From: Selaginella moellendorffii
Lineage: Eukaryota; Plantae; Lycopodiophyta
Length of the DNA stretch: 64,000 nt
Assembly (NCBI RefSeq): GCF_000143415.4
Contig: NW_003314290.1
Span: 1-64,000, forward strand
Reading direction: 5' to 3'
Position numbers and translations under genes: made by a program
Part shown: one piece after another, positions 22,701 to 33,482 of the stretch
How the letters are laid out: the number at the start of each line of letters is the position of its first letter
Numbering within the stretch: the first letter of the stretch is position 1
Notes under the pieces: generated by a model
Database searches by the model: none
What the model was told of the DNA's origin: nothing
What the model saw: the letters and a program-made list of their open reading frames with translations, nothing else

Positions 22701-22814
22701 GGACGTATTAGAGAAGAGATGGCATTACTATTGGGTTTAAATCCTGATAGTGTGGAGAGTGATGAAATTCCAAGATTATTGTATAGGCGTTGGAGGCAAA
22801 AAATAACAGTCTGA
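16785..22814 (+). CDS. Transposon cargo gene (~1,600 aa predicted): ParB/Srx-like domain + degenerate amino-MTase fold + acidic/low-complexity linker + FCP1/NIF-like HAD phosphatase; disrupted in this copy
   Basis: ATG|GTAAG at 16785 splices in frame to 17027 (M-ARNCV...). ParB-like IDVSRIEIQSKYNHRLVSDEWVEKLKQKM...FYAVSGQHSSLAMQQI. MTase-like WEMLSWVFNAIAGDSKGKCVVEYNCGGLFFRAALLKGVPCVAV. A chain of phase-1 GT-AG introns from 19977 to 21950 links ORFs 18662, 20146, 20439, 21307 and 21930 in frame. HAD motifs CIVFDLNGVL and ILIIDDSPIK. Lesions: 409-bp duplication, a 1-nt deletion at ~17942 and an in-frame TAG. Confidence 0.7.
17932..18749 (+). repeat. 409-bp tandem duplication inside the cargo gene
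   Basis: 17932-18340 and 18341-18749 are near-identical; the MQQIVVDIM... peptide recurs at an offset of 409. Confidence 0.95.
21951..22814 (+). CDS. Final exon: FCP1/NLI-interacting-factor-like HAD phosphatase domain
   Basis: Motif I DLNGVL, motif II GVWTSM, FLLTQEDC, KPIFVK and motif IV IIDDSPIK match plant DLNG-type NIF/FCP1-homology proteins. Confidence 0.82.
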   Translation, partial: ESRRKYCIVFDLNGVLFSHERGSSSNVTAPSKACGRKLVKRDRFTLITREKLRDLIMTMRHLKQRAGFNLQLGVWTSMMRHNALTLLQMMHDQTRVILPFDFLLTQEDCLTMVHVRGSKPIFVKAEAVVINRTARSSEILIIDDSPIKTAANTHTYAVHPISCSMETREKKPYVLGDLAKRLEAMVIENRPVQEVAAEINQMADGTVYQKPFDRTDTSHHLWHVYCLAKHYPHLHNLLNRMGSSTTEHERGRIREEMALLLGLNPDSVESDEIPRLLYRRWRQKITV

Positions 22815-23232
22815 GATGGCATGTATTTATTTAAAAATGTAACTTATTATGGCATGGGGTTCCATGCCATTGTATTAATATTAAAAGACAATTCTTTGAG
22901 AGGATTTGCATTATACTAGAAGTGTTACAGCATGTTATTGGAAGTCTACGAAGTTGTTTTATTAATAAGGGGAAAGTAAAGATTGAATGGGGACTTGGGC
23001 TCCACCTAGACTCGGAGCAACTGAGCCAATATTAAAAGGATGGAAAGAAATTGGACGATGATGACAAGGAGAAGAGAGAGGTGAAGCAGTGGCAGGGGGA
23101 GGAGAAGTGATTGAGTAGACATTTCCTTGTTTAAAATAAAATGGCATGTGCCTCAATGCAGTTGAATTTTGTTATATTTATATACTATATAAAGGTTTGG
23201 AAACCTTATTTTACAAGTGGGATAATGACAAT

Positions 23233-23256
23233 TCCCACTTTAACGAAATAGAGCTT
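23233..23256 (-). repeat. Right terminal inverted repeat
   Basis: TCCCACTTTAACGAAATAGAGCTT immediately followed by TSD ATTC. Confidence 0.92.
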
Positions 23257-25226
23257 ATTCTACTTTAGTCACTTAACCGCACCTCCGACCACTTGGAGGA
23301 GTCTCATTCACAACCTCCATAAGTCCCATTCAGAACTTGGGGCTTGCTAGCCCCGCGAATGGCATCCACACCACTCAACTTTTGCACTTGGTCCAAGTGC
23401 TCCACGTGTCCGATCCCATGACCGACACTCCAAGGCACCACCGACACATCAGCCCGTTACGCTAAGGCCATGCCCCTTTCACCTTGGTCACACCGGTGGT
23501 CTAACACCACCTACATCATAGTCCCGTCTCTCAAAGACTAGGCCATCTGTCCGTGAGTGATCATCCTCGATCCACTCCTTAGCATCCCTAGGATGCCCGC
23601 AGATATGGGGAATAGCCTTCCCCGACATCTCTTTTCCAGTCCTTACCAAGTCCCTTTTCATCCATGGCCGTGTTCGCCAACATTGCCACTGGATCAAGGC
23701 CCGCAGGCCCGACCACTAAGTCCCACGGTCCTCTGGGACCTCTCACCACACGACTGCGTCCTTGGTCACTGCCCCAGAGGACTGCTCCTCTTCCTTTCCA
23801 CAGTCTAGGCCTTTGGGACAACATTTCGGAACACCGTGGCCTTACGCGAGCCACCTGGGTACTCTCCCCACCTTCCGCCTTTAGGTGCTCTAGCCATGGG
23901 CTTAGAGCGAGGTTCCGTTGAGCCACGACAGGTATCCAAGTAGGTAGTGCCACCCACACTTGGACTCGGCAAGTCGATCTCCCGGGGGAACTAGAGCTGG
24001 CTCTTGAACACTTCACCAAGCTACCCCGCTTGTCGGTCCGTATTCACTCTAGTCTTGGACTTCCCAGTGGTCAACTCATCACCCAACACTGGGTATGGCC
24101 TTCCTGGACCAAACTGGTCCTTCCTGGGCCAAACTGGCCCTTCCTGGCCCAACTGGCTCCACTGGGCTCCAACCCCCACACTCTCCCTACTATACTTTTG
24201 GAACCCCCCGCAGCCCCCCCCCCCCCCCCCTCGGGGGATGATCGCTTTGGGCTTTCACCCAACTGCCTGTATTAGTATTCGAACTCGGACTCGGACTCGG
24301 ACTCGGTCTCGGTCTCGGTCCCGGATTCGGACTTGGACTCCATCTCGGACTCCATCTCGGACTCCATCTCAGGTCCATCTCGGACTCCATCTCGGGTCCA
24401 TCTCAGGTCCATTTCGGACTCCATCTCGGGTCCATCTCGGACTCCATCTCGGGTCCATCTCGGGTCCATCTCGGACTCCATCTCGGGTCCATCTCGGATT
24501 CCATATCGGACTCCATTTCGGGTCCATCTCGGACTCCATCTCGAACTCCATATCGGACTCCACTTCGGATCCATCTCGGACTCCGTCTCGGACTCCATAT
24601 CGGACTCCACTTCGAATCCATCTCGGACTCCGTCTCGGACTCCATATCGGACTCCACTTCGGGTCCATCTTGGACTCCATCTCGGACTCCATATCGGACT
24701 CCATTTCGGGTCCATCTCGGACTCCATCTCGGACTCCATCTCGGACTCCATATCGGACTCCACTTCGGATCCATCTCGGACTTCGTCTCGGACTTTATAT
24801 CGGACTCCACTTCGGATCCATCTCGGACACCGTCTCGGACTCCATATCGGACTCCACTTCGGGTCCATCTCGGACTCCATCTCGGACTCCATATCGGACT
24901 CCATATCGGACTCCATTTCGGGTCCATCTCGGACTCCATCTCGGACTCCATATCGGACTCCATTTCGGGTCCATCTCGGACTCCATCTCGGACACTTCCA
25001 CGTGTCATGTGTTGGTCCTTTTTGGGTCCCCTTTTGGAGCCTTGCTTATTGCTCGCTTCGTGCTCGCTCCTTGAGCACTTTATTAGGAGTTCCACTCTCG
25101 CTCTCAACCTTCCAAGTCAAAGCTTTTAGTCCAAACGTGTTACGCTCGTTTGGCTTTTGCTTCGGCCACTACCATGTGGCACCCTTTCCAGCTCCACTTT
25201 GGGGCCTAGGGATTTTGTGTCTCACA
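23257..25226 (-). mobile_element. 3' LTR of LTR-family copy B (its last 24 bp lie at 9103-9126, beyond the DNA transposon)
   Basis: Ends ...GTGTCTCACA at 25226 next to the PPT (reverse strand, 25228-25238). TGTAAGCGAC end at 9103, flanked by TSD TATAA (9098-9102). Confidence 0.88.
24280..24990. repeat. LTR-internal satellite (GGACTCCATCTC-type units)
   Basis: Tandem array visible; longer than the array in the sister LTR at 6120-6635. Confidence 0.95.
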
Positions 25227-28200
25227 ACTCCACCACCCATAGACGAAGTTCGATGTCCTCATCGAACGATAAACCATTTTATAAAGTAACACCCGCATGT
25301 GTTACCATTTCCATCCTTGGCACCTAGCCAATATTTGTCAATGGTTTGACATTGAAGGCCCACTATGCCTTCTCCATCCTCTAAGGAGGGTAGTCTCTCC
25401 AACTTAGAGACTGATTAGACCACATGTAGTGGTTCTCTCCTTTTATTGATTTAGTTCTTGCTAAACCTCTTAGAGACCCTTCTCTAAGTCAATACCACTA
25501 CTCCTTCTCGAGTATTCTCAATTTCCATTGATTGAACGTTTGCACCTTGGAACTTTTACTCTTTGACTTCTGGAAGTCAATTCCCTAGGTGTCTCCAACA
25601 CCTTGCATTGCACATATTGTGCAACTCCACTCCCTCATCCTAGAAAGTTCTCTACTTGAGGGCACCATCATCCTCTCTTCTATTTCGTGCCATCTTGGGC
25701 ACTAAGTTCCAGTTATCATACTTTGTGCTAGGGCTGTCCATGGCCCTATCATTTGGCTACTTTACCGCTCCCTCCCTCGGAGCTTCCCCTTTCGCCAAAC
25801 CGGAGCAATTCGGAATCCATCCTTGGAAACTCGCTTCCTTTCCCGCAATTTGTTAGTGTCCAACACATTAGTGTTCCTCGCCTAACTTTGCCACTTGGAT
25901 TCCTTCTAAGGGATTCCACGGCCCTATCTTGGCCACTCATCTTTTGCTCCTATCCGTTGATTGTTGCACCAAGCAACACTGAATCTCTACCTCCCTCCTT
26001 GAGGTATTCTTTTGATTCCATAGCAAAGGCTCTGCTTTGCCAAGACTAGGGTGTTCACCCCTAGTAAGTCTCTTTAGCATCTTCTGCAGTGGGCTCTATC
26101 CACGGCCCAACTTTGTGACCCTCCCATAGGTCTCTTTAGAGATTACTTTCCTTGGACACACTATGCCATCGCAATGATATAGCTCATTTCCCTAAGGTGC
26201 TTTTCCCACTTGGTCACCTTGACCAAGCCACACCATCATCAATAGTTCAAATCAACACTTTGAACTAGGAACCTTATTCCTTAGCCCAAACAAGGACCTT
26301 GTCCTTATTTAGCCACAAGATCACCTAGTGATCTCACCTCGGCACCTTAACAGGTTTGCCAACAGGTACTAGGTCTTCCAAACCTTTAACTTGTTAACTA
26401 CGACCCCGGGGGCATCCCCCACACTTGGCGGTGCGCCCAAGCCAGCCCTTCCGGCCAAGGGTCCATAGCAACTGAGACTGGGTGTCCCCATCTCATTCAC
26501 CACGTCCTTGGTGCCACTGGCACCAAAGTGTTCAAGTTAGATATGCTGAGCCACACTAAGAAATCTAACCGTGCATCACGACTCCGAAGCATCCCTCGCT
26601 TGGCGGTGTGCCTAAACCAATCTCCCCACTGAGAGTCCATGACCACCGAAATATGAGTGTCCTTATATTCCAAACCATCACCACGCCCTAGTGATTTGGG
26701 ACTCGAACCCAAGCACTAGAGGGTCGGGACTCGAACCCAACCTCCGTATATGCATCTACGGATGGCATCACCCAGGATGCTTGGCGTGACTCCCCACGCC
26801 GGTGCACCAACTTATACTCAACGCGCGCTATAGATCACAGCTTAGGAACCTAGTTCCTCTGCACTGCCAAGTCCTCTCACTTGACAAGCCTGTGATCATG
26901 CATGGACTCCTCCATGCTTGGCCCCATGGCCCACCCTTTTTGAAGTTATCACCTTCAACTAGGGTATTTGTTCCCCTGACTTGCCAATCTCGCTTTGGCA
27001 AGTCCTTCGACCACTGTAACATGGTTTTTGGACAAGCGTGAAAGCCCTTGATCATCGACTTTCGTTCAAAGCCTTCTCTTTGAACACTCGGGAACTACTT
27101 CCCCAACCTTGATAGCCTTGCCTCATGGCAAACTTCAAGACCACGCTTCTGCTGCGCCATTCTGATTTCGCGCGTTCCTTGAACCATTTACGCTTGGCCT
27201 TTCTAAGTACTAAGCTACCTAAAATCCTCTTTGGGAACCTTGAAGGAACTCTGTCCCTTAGCTTGTTAAGGCCCCCCCTTTCTGCAAGCTTTCCAATTAC
27301 CATATAGTCTAACATGGACAATTCCATCTTTTAGACTCTCCATGGCATCATGGTTGCTAGCGGCAACACCCTCGAACCCCCACTTGATTCTCCACTCCCA
27401 GCTGGCATAACCAACCTTGGTTATGCCCTTCGATTCCTATGGTTCGGTTTTATCCCCTTACTTCTTGCTTTTGGCTTTACACCTTTCCTTCGGTCATTCT
27501 CCTCCAGACCAGGAGGATAGCTTTGCACTTTCTATCATGCTTTAGCAAGTATTCTTAGGGATGAACCTACCCAATAGCCCAGGGAGTGGTTCCTCAATCC
27601 GGGTATGCTCACCTTATAATCCCACACACTAGGATTACATTGTTGCTTATGGGCCTTTACATGCCCATCACTAGCTTTGCCAAAATTCCATTTTTGGCTT
27701 TGTCCAACTTGGGTAGACAGTCCTCTCCTGTCTCCGCAACCTTGGACATTTGGATAGCACCTTCTATCCATCATTCGCTAGACTTAGTCCCTTGGGCTTT
27801 ATCCATTGCCCTCGCGACATCAAACACCACCTTCTAGTGTTCTAGAGTGTTCGGGTGTCCCAATGATGGCTTTCTTGACAATGAGTATTTCCTTTTATGA
27901 CATTGACTTACTATATCGCAACATAAGCAACTTATCCCCCGTAAGGGTATATCCGACTTCCCTATGCTAGAAGTCTTGGGTAGCTACCTTCTACCCGTTT
28001 AACCAGTTATTTTGCACCTCTTGCTTAGTTGCCTCATAGTTGTCAAGTCCTACAACTCATTGTTTGGTGCTTACACACCTCCATCATTATCTGGGTCACC
28101 ACACTCCAACTGCATGCTCTGCAGCTTAGGTTATGCCATTCCCATTTCCATTGGGATTCCTTTGGCAAGGGGTTCTCATGAACCCACCAACATAGCCTCA

Positions 28201-29760
28201 AGGTATCACACCTTGGCACATTTGGTGTCTCCACACCATCGGCTCCACGAGCCTACCTCTATGACACTTCCCCTTCGTGTTTAAGTCTTTGCCAAGACCC
28301 ACACCGCTCTTTCTCATGCCAACCATCCGTTAGCACTGCACCATAGAGGTCACACACAACTTTGTGTCAAAGTTGTTTTCTTCTGGGAACACCTTTCCCA
28401 TAACTTTAGCATGGCACATTTGCCATCGATGATACCCTCTGTTCTCATCCTTGGATCCTATGATCCCCCCCCCATCCTTCATGGGGTACAACACACCTCA
28501 GTCCAAATGCTTCAATCAGTCCTTTTAGGACCTTTCCTTGACTCTACTTGAGTTATCCAGCAGTTTTGGACTTGGTTCATCCACAGACCCGTAAGGTCCC
28601 ACTTGTGAGGCACTAGCTCACTGGAATACACTTCCTGCATTCCTGTCCTACTCAGAAGGACTATTTTCACAAGTGTTACTCTGACACTTGTTTTTGTTCT
28701 CTGGGGCAACCTCTGCCCCTTAGGACTACTTGTCCATGTGATGAGAATACCAACTCATCTCTAAGTACACCCCCCAACTCCTTGGGTTGTTCCAGCATTT
28801 ATTAAAGGTAGCCTCGGCTACCATTTCAAGGACTTGAGTCCTCTTCCGTATTTGACCTCCCACGGTCGTTACTTCTGGTCTCACATTCATGAGCACCAAC
28901 CTCAACTATATGAGGATAATCTTGTGACTCCCTTATTGCTTTGGAGTCTTTATCTTTCCTATGATCCCAACTTTAGTTGTTTACCACAACTACATTGGCC
29001 CGTTTGCTGAGTCAAACGCTCATCTGGATCACCTCCTCAACTCAACGAGGAAAACCTTGCACTATTCCCAAGATCCCAAAGTCGTCCCATTATTGGCCCC
29101 TTTTCTATCCCCCACCTTGCCTACAAGTTCACACATGAACTGTAATGGAGAGCCATGTCTTCCCGACCTGCTACTCCTCAAGGATAGGCCCACTTCTCGG
29201 ACCTTCCGTTGCCAACACCAGTGGTGATATACTTGAGCACCAATAAAAGTCGGACTAAGGAACAGCTCCAATACCAAATTGTAAGCGACTAATTTTTCCA
29301 TTCTACTTTAGTCACTTAACCGCACCTCCGACCACTTGGAGGAGTCTCATTCACAACCTCCATAAGTCCCATTCAGAACTTGGGGCTTGCTAGCCCCGCG
29401 AATGGCATCCACACCACTCAACTTTTGCACTTGGTCCAAGTGCTCCACGTGTCCGATCCCATGACCGACACTCCAAGGCACCACCGACACATCAGCCCGT
29501 TACGCTAAGGCCATGCCCCTTTCACCTTGGTCACACCGGTGGTCTAACACCACCTACATTATAGTCCCGTCTCTCAAAGACTAGACCATCTGTCCGTGAG
29601 TGATCATCCTCGATCCACTCCTTAGCATCCCTAGGATGCCCGCAGATATGGGGAATAGCCTTCCCCGACATCTCTTTTCCAGTCCTTACCAAGTCCCTTT
29701 TCATCCATGGCCGTGTTCGCCAACACTGCTACTGGATCAAGGCCCGCAGGCCCGACCACT
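25227..29760 (-). mobile_element. Internal region (~4 kb, non-coding) and 3' part of the 5' LTR (29280-29760) of LTR copy B
   Basis: Reverse-strand PBS TGGTATTGGAGC at 29265-29276 next to the LTR end. The internal sequence is homologous to 4544-5883, 7224-9097, 29761-30475 and 35972-37785. No gag/RT/IN motifs found. Confidence 0.8.
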
Positions 29761-30709
29761 TTAGACTTAGCAAGTGGAGCTTTTACCATAGAACCGAAAG
29801 AATACCTCAAGGATGGAGGTAGTGATTCTATGTTGCTTGGTGCAATAATCAATGGATAAGAGCAAAAGACTAGTGGCTAAGAAAAGAACCATAGGAATCA
29901 TGGGACAGAACTCAAATGGCAAAGTTAGGCCAAGAACACTAATGTGTTGAATGCTAACAGATTGTGGGAAGGTAATGTGTTTCCAAGGATGGATTCCCAA
30001 TTGCTCCGATTTGGCAAAGGTGGAAGCTCTAAGGGAGGGAGCAATAAAGTAGCCAAATGATAGAACCGTGGATAGCTTTAGCACAAATTATGATAACTGA
30101 AACTTAGTGCCAAAGGTGGCACAAAATAGAAAAAAGGATAATGGTGCCTTCAAGTAGAGAACTTCCTAGGATGATGGAAATTGAGACTACTCAAGAATGA
30201 GTAGTGGGATGGAGATAGATAAGGTGTCTCTAACAGGTTTAGCAAGAACTAAACCAATAAAAGAAGAGAACCATCACAAATGGTCGAATGAGCCTCTAAG
30301 TTGGAGAAACTATGCTCCTAGAGGATGGATAAGGCATGGTGAGCCTTTGGTGTCAAACTATTGACAAATATTGGCTAAGTGCCAAGGATGGAAAGGGTAA
30401 TACATACTAATATTACTTTATAAAATAGTTTATCGTTTGATGAGGACATCAAACTTCATCTATGGGTGGTGGAGTTCTGAGACACAAATCCTTAAGCCCC
30501 AAAGTGGAGCCGAAAGGGTGCCACATGGTAGTGGCTAAAGCAAAAGCCAAATGACCATAACACATTTAGACTAAAAACTCCTACTTGAAAAGTTGAGAGT
30601 GGGAGTGGAACTCCTAATGAAGCACTCGAAGAAAAATACAAAACAAGCAATAAATGAGCCTCTAAAAAAGGTACACAAGAGGACCAACACATGACACGTG
30701 GAAGTGTCC

Positions 30710-31325
30710 AAGATGGACCCGAGATGGAGTCCAAGATAGAGTCCGAGATGGACCCGAGATGGAGTCGAAATGGATTTCGAGATGGACCTGAGATGGAGTT
30801 CGAGATAGACCCGAGTTAAAGTCCAAGATGGAGTCCAAGATGGAGGCTGAGATGGACCCGAGATGGAATCCGAGATGGACCCGAGATGGAGTCTAAGATG
30901 GACCAAAAATGGAGTCCGAGATGGACCTAAGATGGAGTCCGAGATGGACCTAAGATGGAGTCCGAGATAGAGTCCAAGATGGACCCAAGACGGAGTCCGA
31001 GATGGACCTGAGATGGAGTCTGAGATGGACTCGAGATGGAGCCCGAGATGCAGCCCAAGATGGAGTCCGAGATGGAGTTCGAGATGAACCTAAGATGGAG
31101 TCCGAGATGGACCTGAGATGGAGTCTGAGATGGAACCGAGACCGAGACCGAGACCGAGACTGAGATTGAGATCGAGATCGAGACTGAGACTAAGACTGAG
31201 ACTGAGACCGAGACCGAGACCGAGACCGAGACTGAGACTGAGACCGATTGAGACTGAGACCGAGACTGAGTCCGAGACCGAGACTGGGACTGAGTTTGAG
31301 TTCAAGTTTGAGTCCGAGTCCAAGT
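30710..31325. repeat. Degenerate satellite in the 3' LTR of copy A
   Basis: GAGATGGAGTCC/GAGATGGACCC units followed by GAGACC/GAGACT hexamers. Confidence 0.9.
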
Positions 31326-33482
31326 TCGAATACTAATATAGGGTGTTGGGGGGGAGCTGCAAGGGGTTCCAAAAGTATAGTGGGGGTTGGACCCCAATGG
31401 AGTCAGTTTGGCCAGGAAAGGCTAGTTTGGCTTGGCGAAGGAAGGCCATACCTAGTTGTTGAGTAATGAGATAACCACTGGGAATTCCAAGGCTAAAGTG
31501 AATATGGACTCATAAGTAGGGTAGCTTGGTAAAGTGTTTAAGAGTTGGCTCTAGTTCCCCTGGGAGATCAAATGGTCGATGCTCCCAGTCCTAGTGTGGG
31601 TGGCACTACCTACTTAGATACCTATCATGGCTCAATAGAACCTCGCTCTAAGCCCATGGCTAGAGCACTCAAAAGTGGAAGGTGGGGAAAGTACCCATGA
31701 GGTTCATGTAAGGCCACAGTGTTCCAAAATGTTGTCCCAAAATCCCAGACTATGGAAAGGAAGAGGAGTGGTCCTCTGGTGTAATGACCAAGGATACGGT
31801 AATGTGGTGAGGAAGTCTTAGAGGACAGTGGGACTTAGTGGTCAGGCCTGTGGGCCTTGTCCCAATGGCAGTGTTGGTGACACGGCTATGGACAAAAAAA
31901 AGACTTAGTGGGGACTGTAAAAAGGATATTGGGGAAGGTTGTTCCCCATGTTGGCGGGCAACTTAAGGATGCTAAGGAGTGAATCTAGGATGGTCACTTA
32001 TGGACGGATGGCTCAATCTTTGAGAAACTGGACTGCAACACAAGTGGTGTTGGACCACCGGTGTGACCAAGGTGAATGGGCATGGCTTTAGCGTAATGGG
32101 TAGGTATATCAATGGTACCTCGGGGTGTCGGTTGTGGGATTGAACATATGGATCAGTTGAACCGAGTGCAAAAGTTGAGTGGCATGGATGCCATTCTCAG
32201 GGCTAGCAAGCCCCAAGTCCTGAATTGGACTTATGGAGGTTGTGAATGAGACTCCTCCAAGTGGTCGGAGGTGTGGTTAAGTGACTAAAATAGAATGGAA
32301 AAATTAGTCGCTTACATGGTGATCAAACACCACCTACATCACAATCCTGTCTCTCAAAGATTGGGCCATTCGTCCATGAGTGGTCATTCTAGATCTACTC
32401 CTTAGCATCTTTAGGATACCTACAGACATGGGGAACAACCTTCCTTAGTATCCCTTTTTCAGTCCCCACAAAGTCCTTTTTCGTCCACGGCCGTGTTCTC
32501 CAACACTGCCATTGGGTCAAGGCCCACAGGCCCAACCACTATGTCCCTCTGACCTCTAAAACTTCCTCACCATGTGACCGTATCTTTGGTCTCTATATAA
32601 AAGGACTGCTCCTCTTTCTTTCCATAGCCTGGGACTTTAGGATAGCATTTCAGAATATCGTGGTTTTGGCTTTCATCCATCCATACCTACTAGATGGATG
32701 AGGTTTTCTTTAGTCAGTGAAGATTCTTTTAGCATGGTCCGAAGTCCACAACCCTACCATTTGGCTATCTTGCCACTCTTTCCTTTGGAACTTTCACCTT
32801 TGCCAAATTAGAGTATTTGGGAATCCATCCTTGGAAATATACTCCCTTTCCCACAATTCGTTAGCATCAAACACATAAATATTCTTTGCTCAACTTTGGC
32901 ATTTGGATTCATTCCAATGATTTCTATAGCCCATTCTTAGCCACTAGTCTTTTGTTTCTATCTGTTGATTGTTGCACCAAGCAACATAAGATCACTACCT
33001 TGAGGTATTTTTTTAATTCCATAGTAAAAGTGTTGCTTTGCCAAATTTAGAGAGTGTTCACTCTAATAGGTCTCTTTAACATTTTCTGGTATGGGCTTTA
33101 TCTACGGCCCAATTTTGTGACCCTCCTATAGGTCTTTTTTAGAAACAACTCTTTTGGACTCACTATGCTATCGCTTTGACCTAGCTCATTTCCCTTATGT
33201 GTCCTTCCCACTTGGTCATTTTGACCAAGTCACACTATTACTAATAATTCAAATCAACACTTTGAACTAGGAATTTTATTCCTTAACCAAACAAAGACTT
33301 TGTCCTCATTTAACCACAAGATCACTTAATGATCTCACCTTGGCACTTTAATAGGTTTGCCAATAGATATTAAATCTTTCAAACTTTTAAGTAGTTAACT
33401 ATAACCTTAAGGGCATCCCCCACACTTAGTGGTGTGCACAAACCAACCCTGGGTCTATAGCAACTAAGACTAGGTGTCTCTA

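Larger units (their letters stand above)
9758..23162. promoter_or_regulatory. Dispersed 22-bp palindrome ATGGCRTGWGGCCWCAYGCCAT, more than 20 copies in the transposon
   Basis: Copies start at 9758, 10356, 10516, 10662, 12003, 12060, 13906, 13976, 14074, 15661, 15899, 16813, 16890, 16950, 18226, 18635, 20107, 20248, 20439, 21697, 21772, 22849 and 23141, plus 60, 220 and 818 in the second element copy. The regulatory function is inferred. Confidence 0.8.
9127..23256 (-). mobile_element. Complete 14,130-bp cut-and-paste DNA transposon, Sola-like
   Basis: Left TIR ATGCTCTATTTCGTTAAAGTGGGA (9127-9150); right TIR TCCCACTTTAACGAAATAGAGCTT (23233-23256). 4-bp TSD ATTC at 9123-9126 and 23257-23260. 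The uninterrupted target TTTTTCCATTCTACTTTAG is present in the sister LTR at ~29293-29311. Internal DDD transposase. The superfamily label is inferred from the 4-bp TSD and the motifs. Confidence 0.9.
4120..32316 (+). mobile_element. Older non-autonomous LTR retroelement (LARD-like, copy A) hosting nested insertions
   Basis: Partial 5' LTR ends ...CACTTACA at 4543, followed by a tRNA-iMet-like PBS variant TGGTATTGGAG (4547-4557). PPT-like GGGTGGTGGAG at ~30464-30474. 3' LTR at 30476-32316 (TCTGAGACAC...GTCGCTTACA). No recognisable gag/pol ORF. Confidence 0.75.

Noticed and set aside
9758-23162. Palindromic repeats as a CRISPR array
   Set aside because: Spacing is irregular (tens of bp to kb), the repeats are degenerate, there are no cas genes and the context is eukaryotic.
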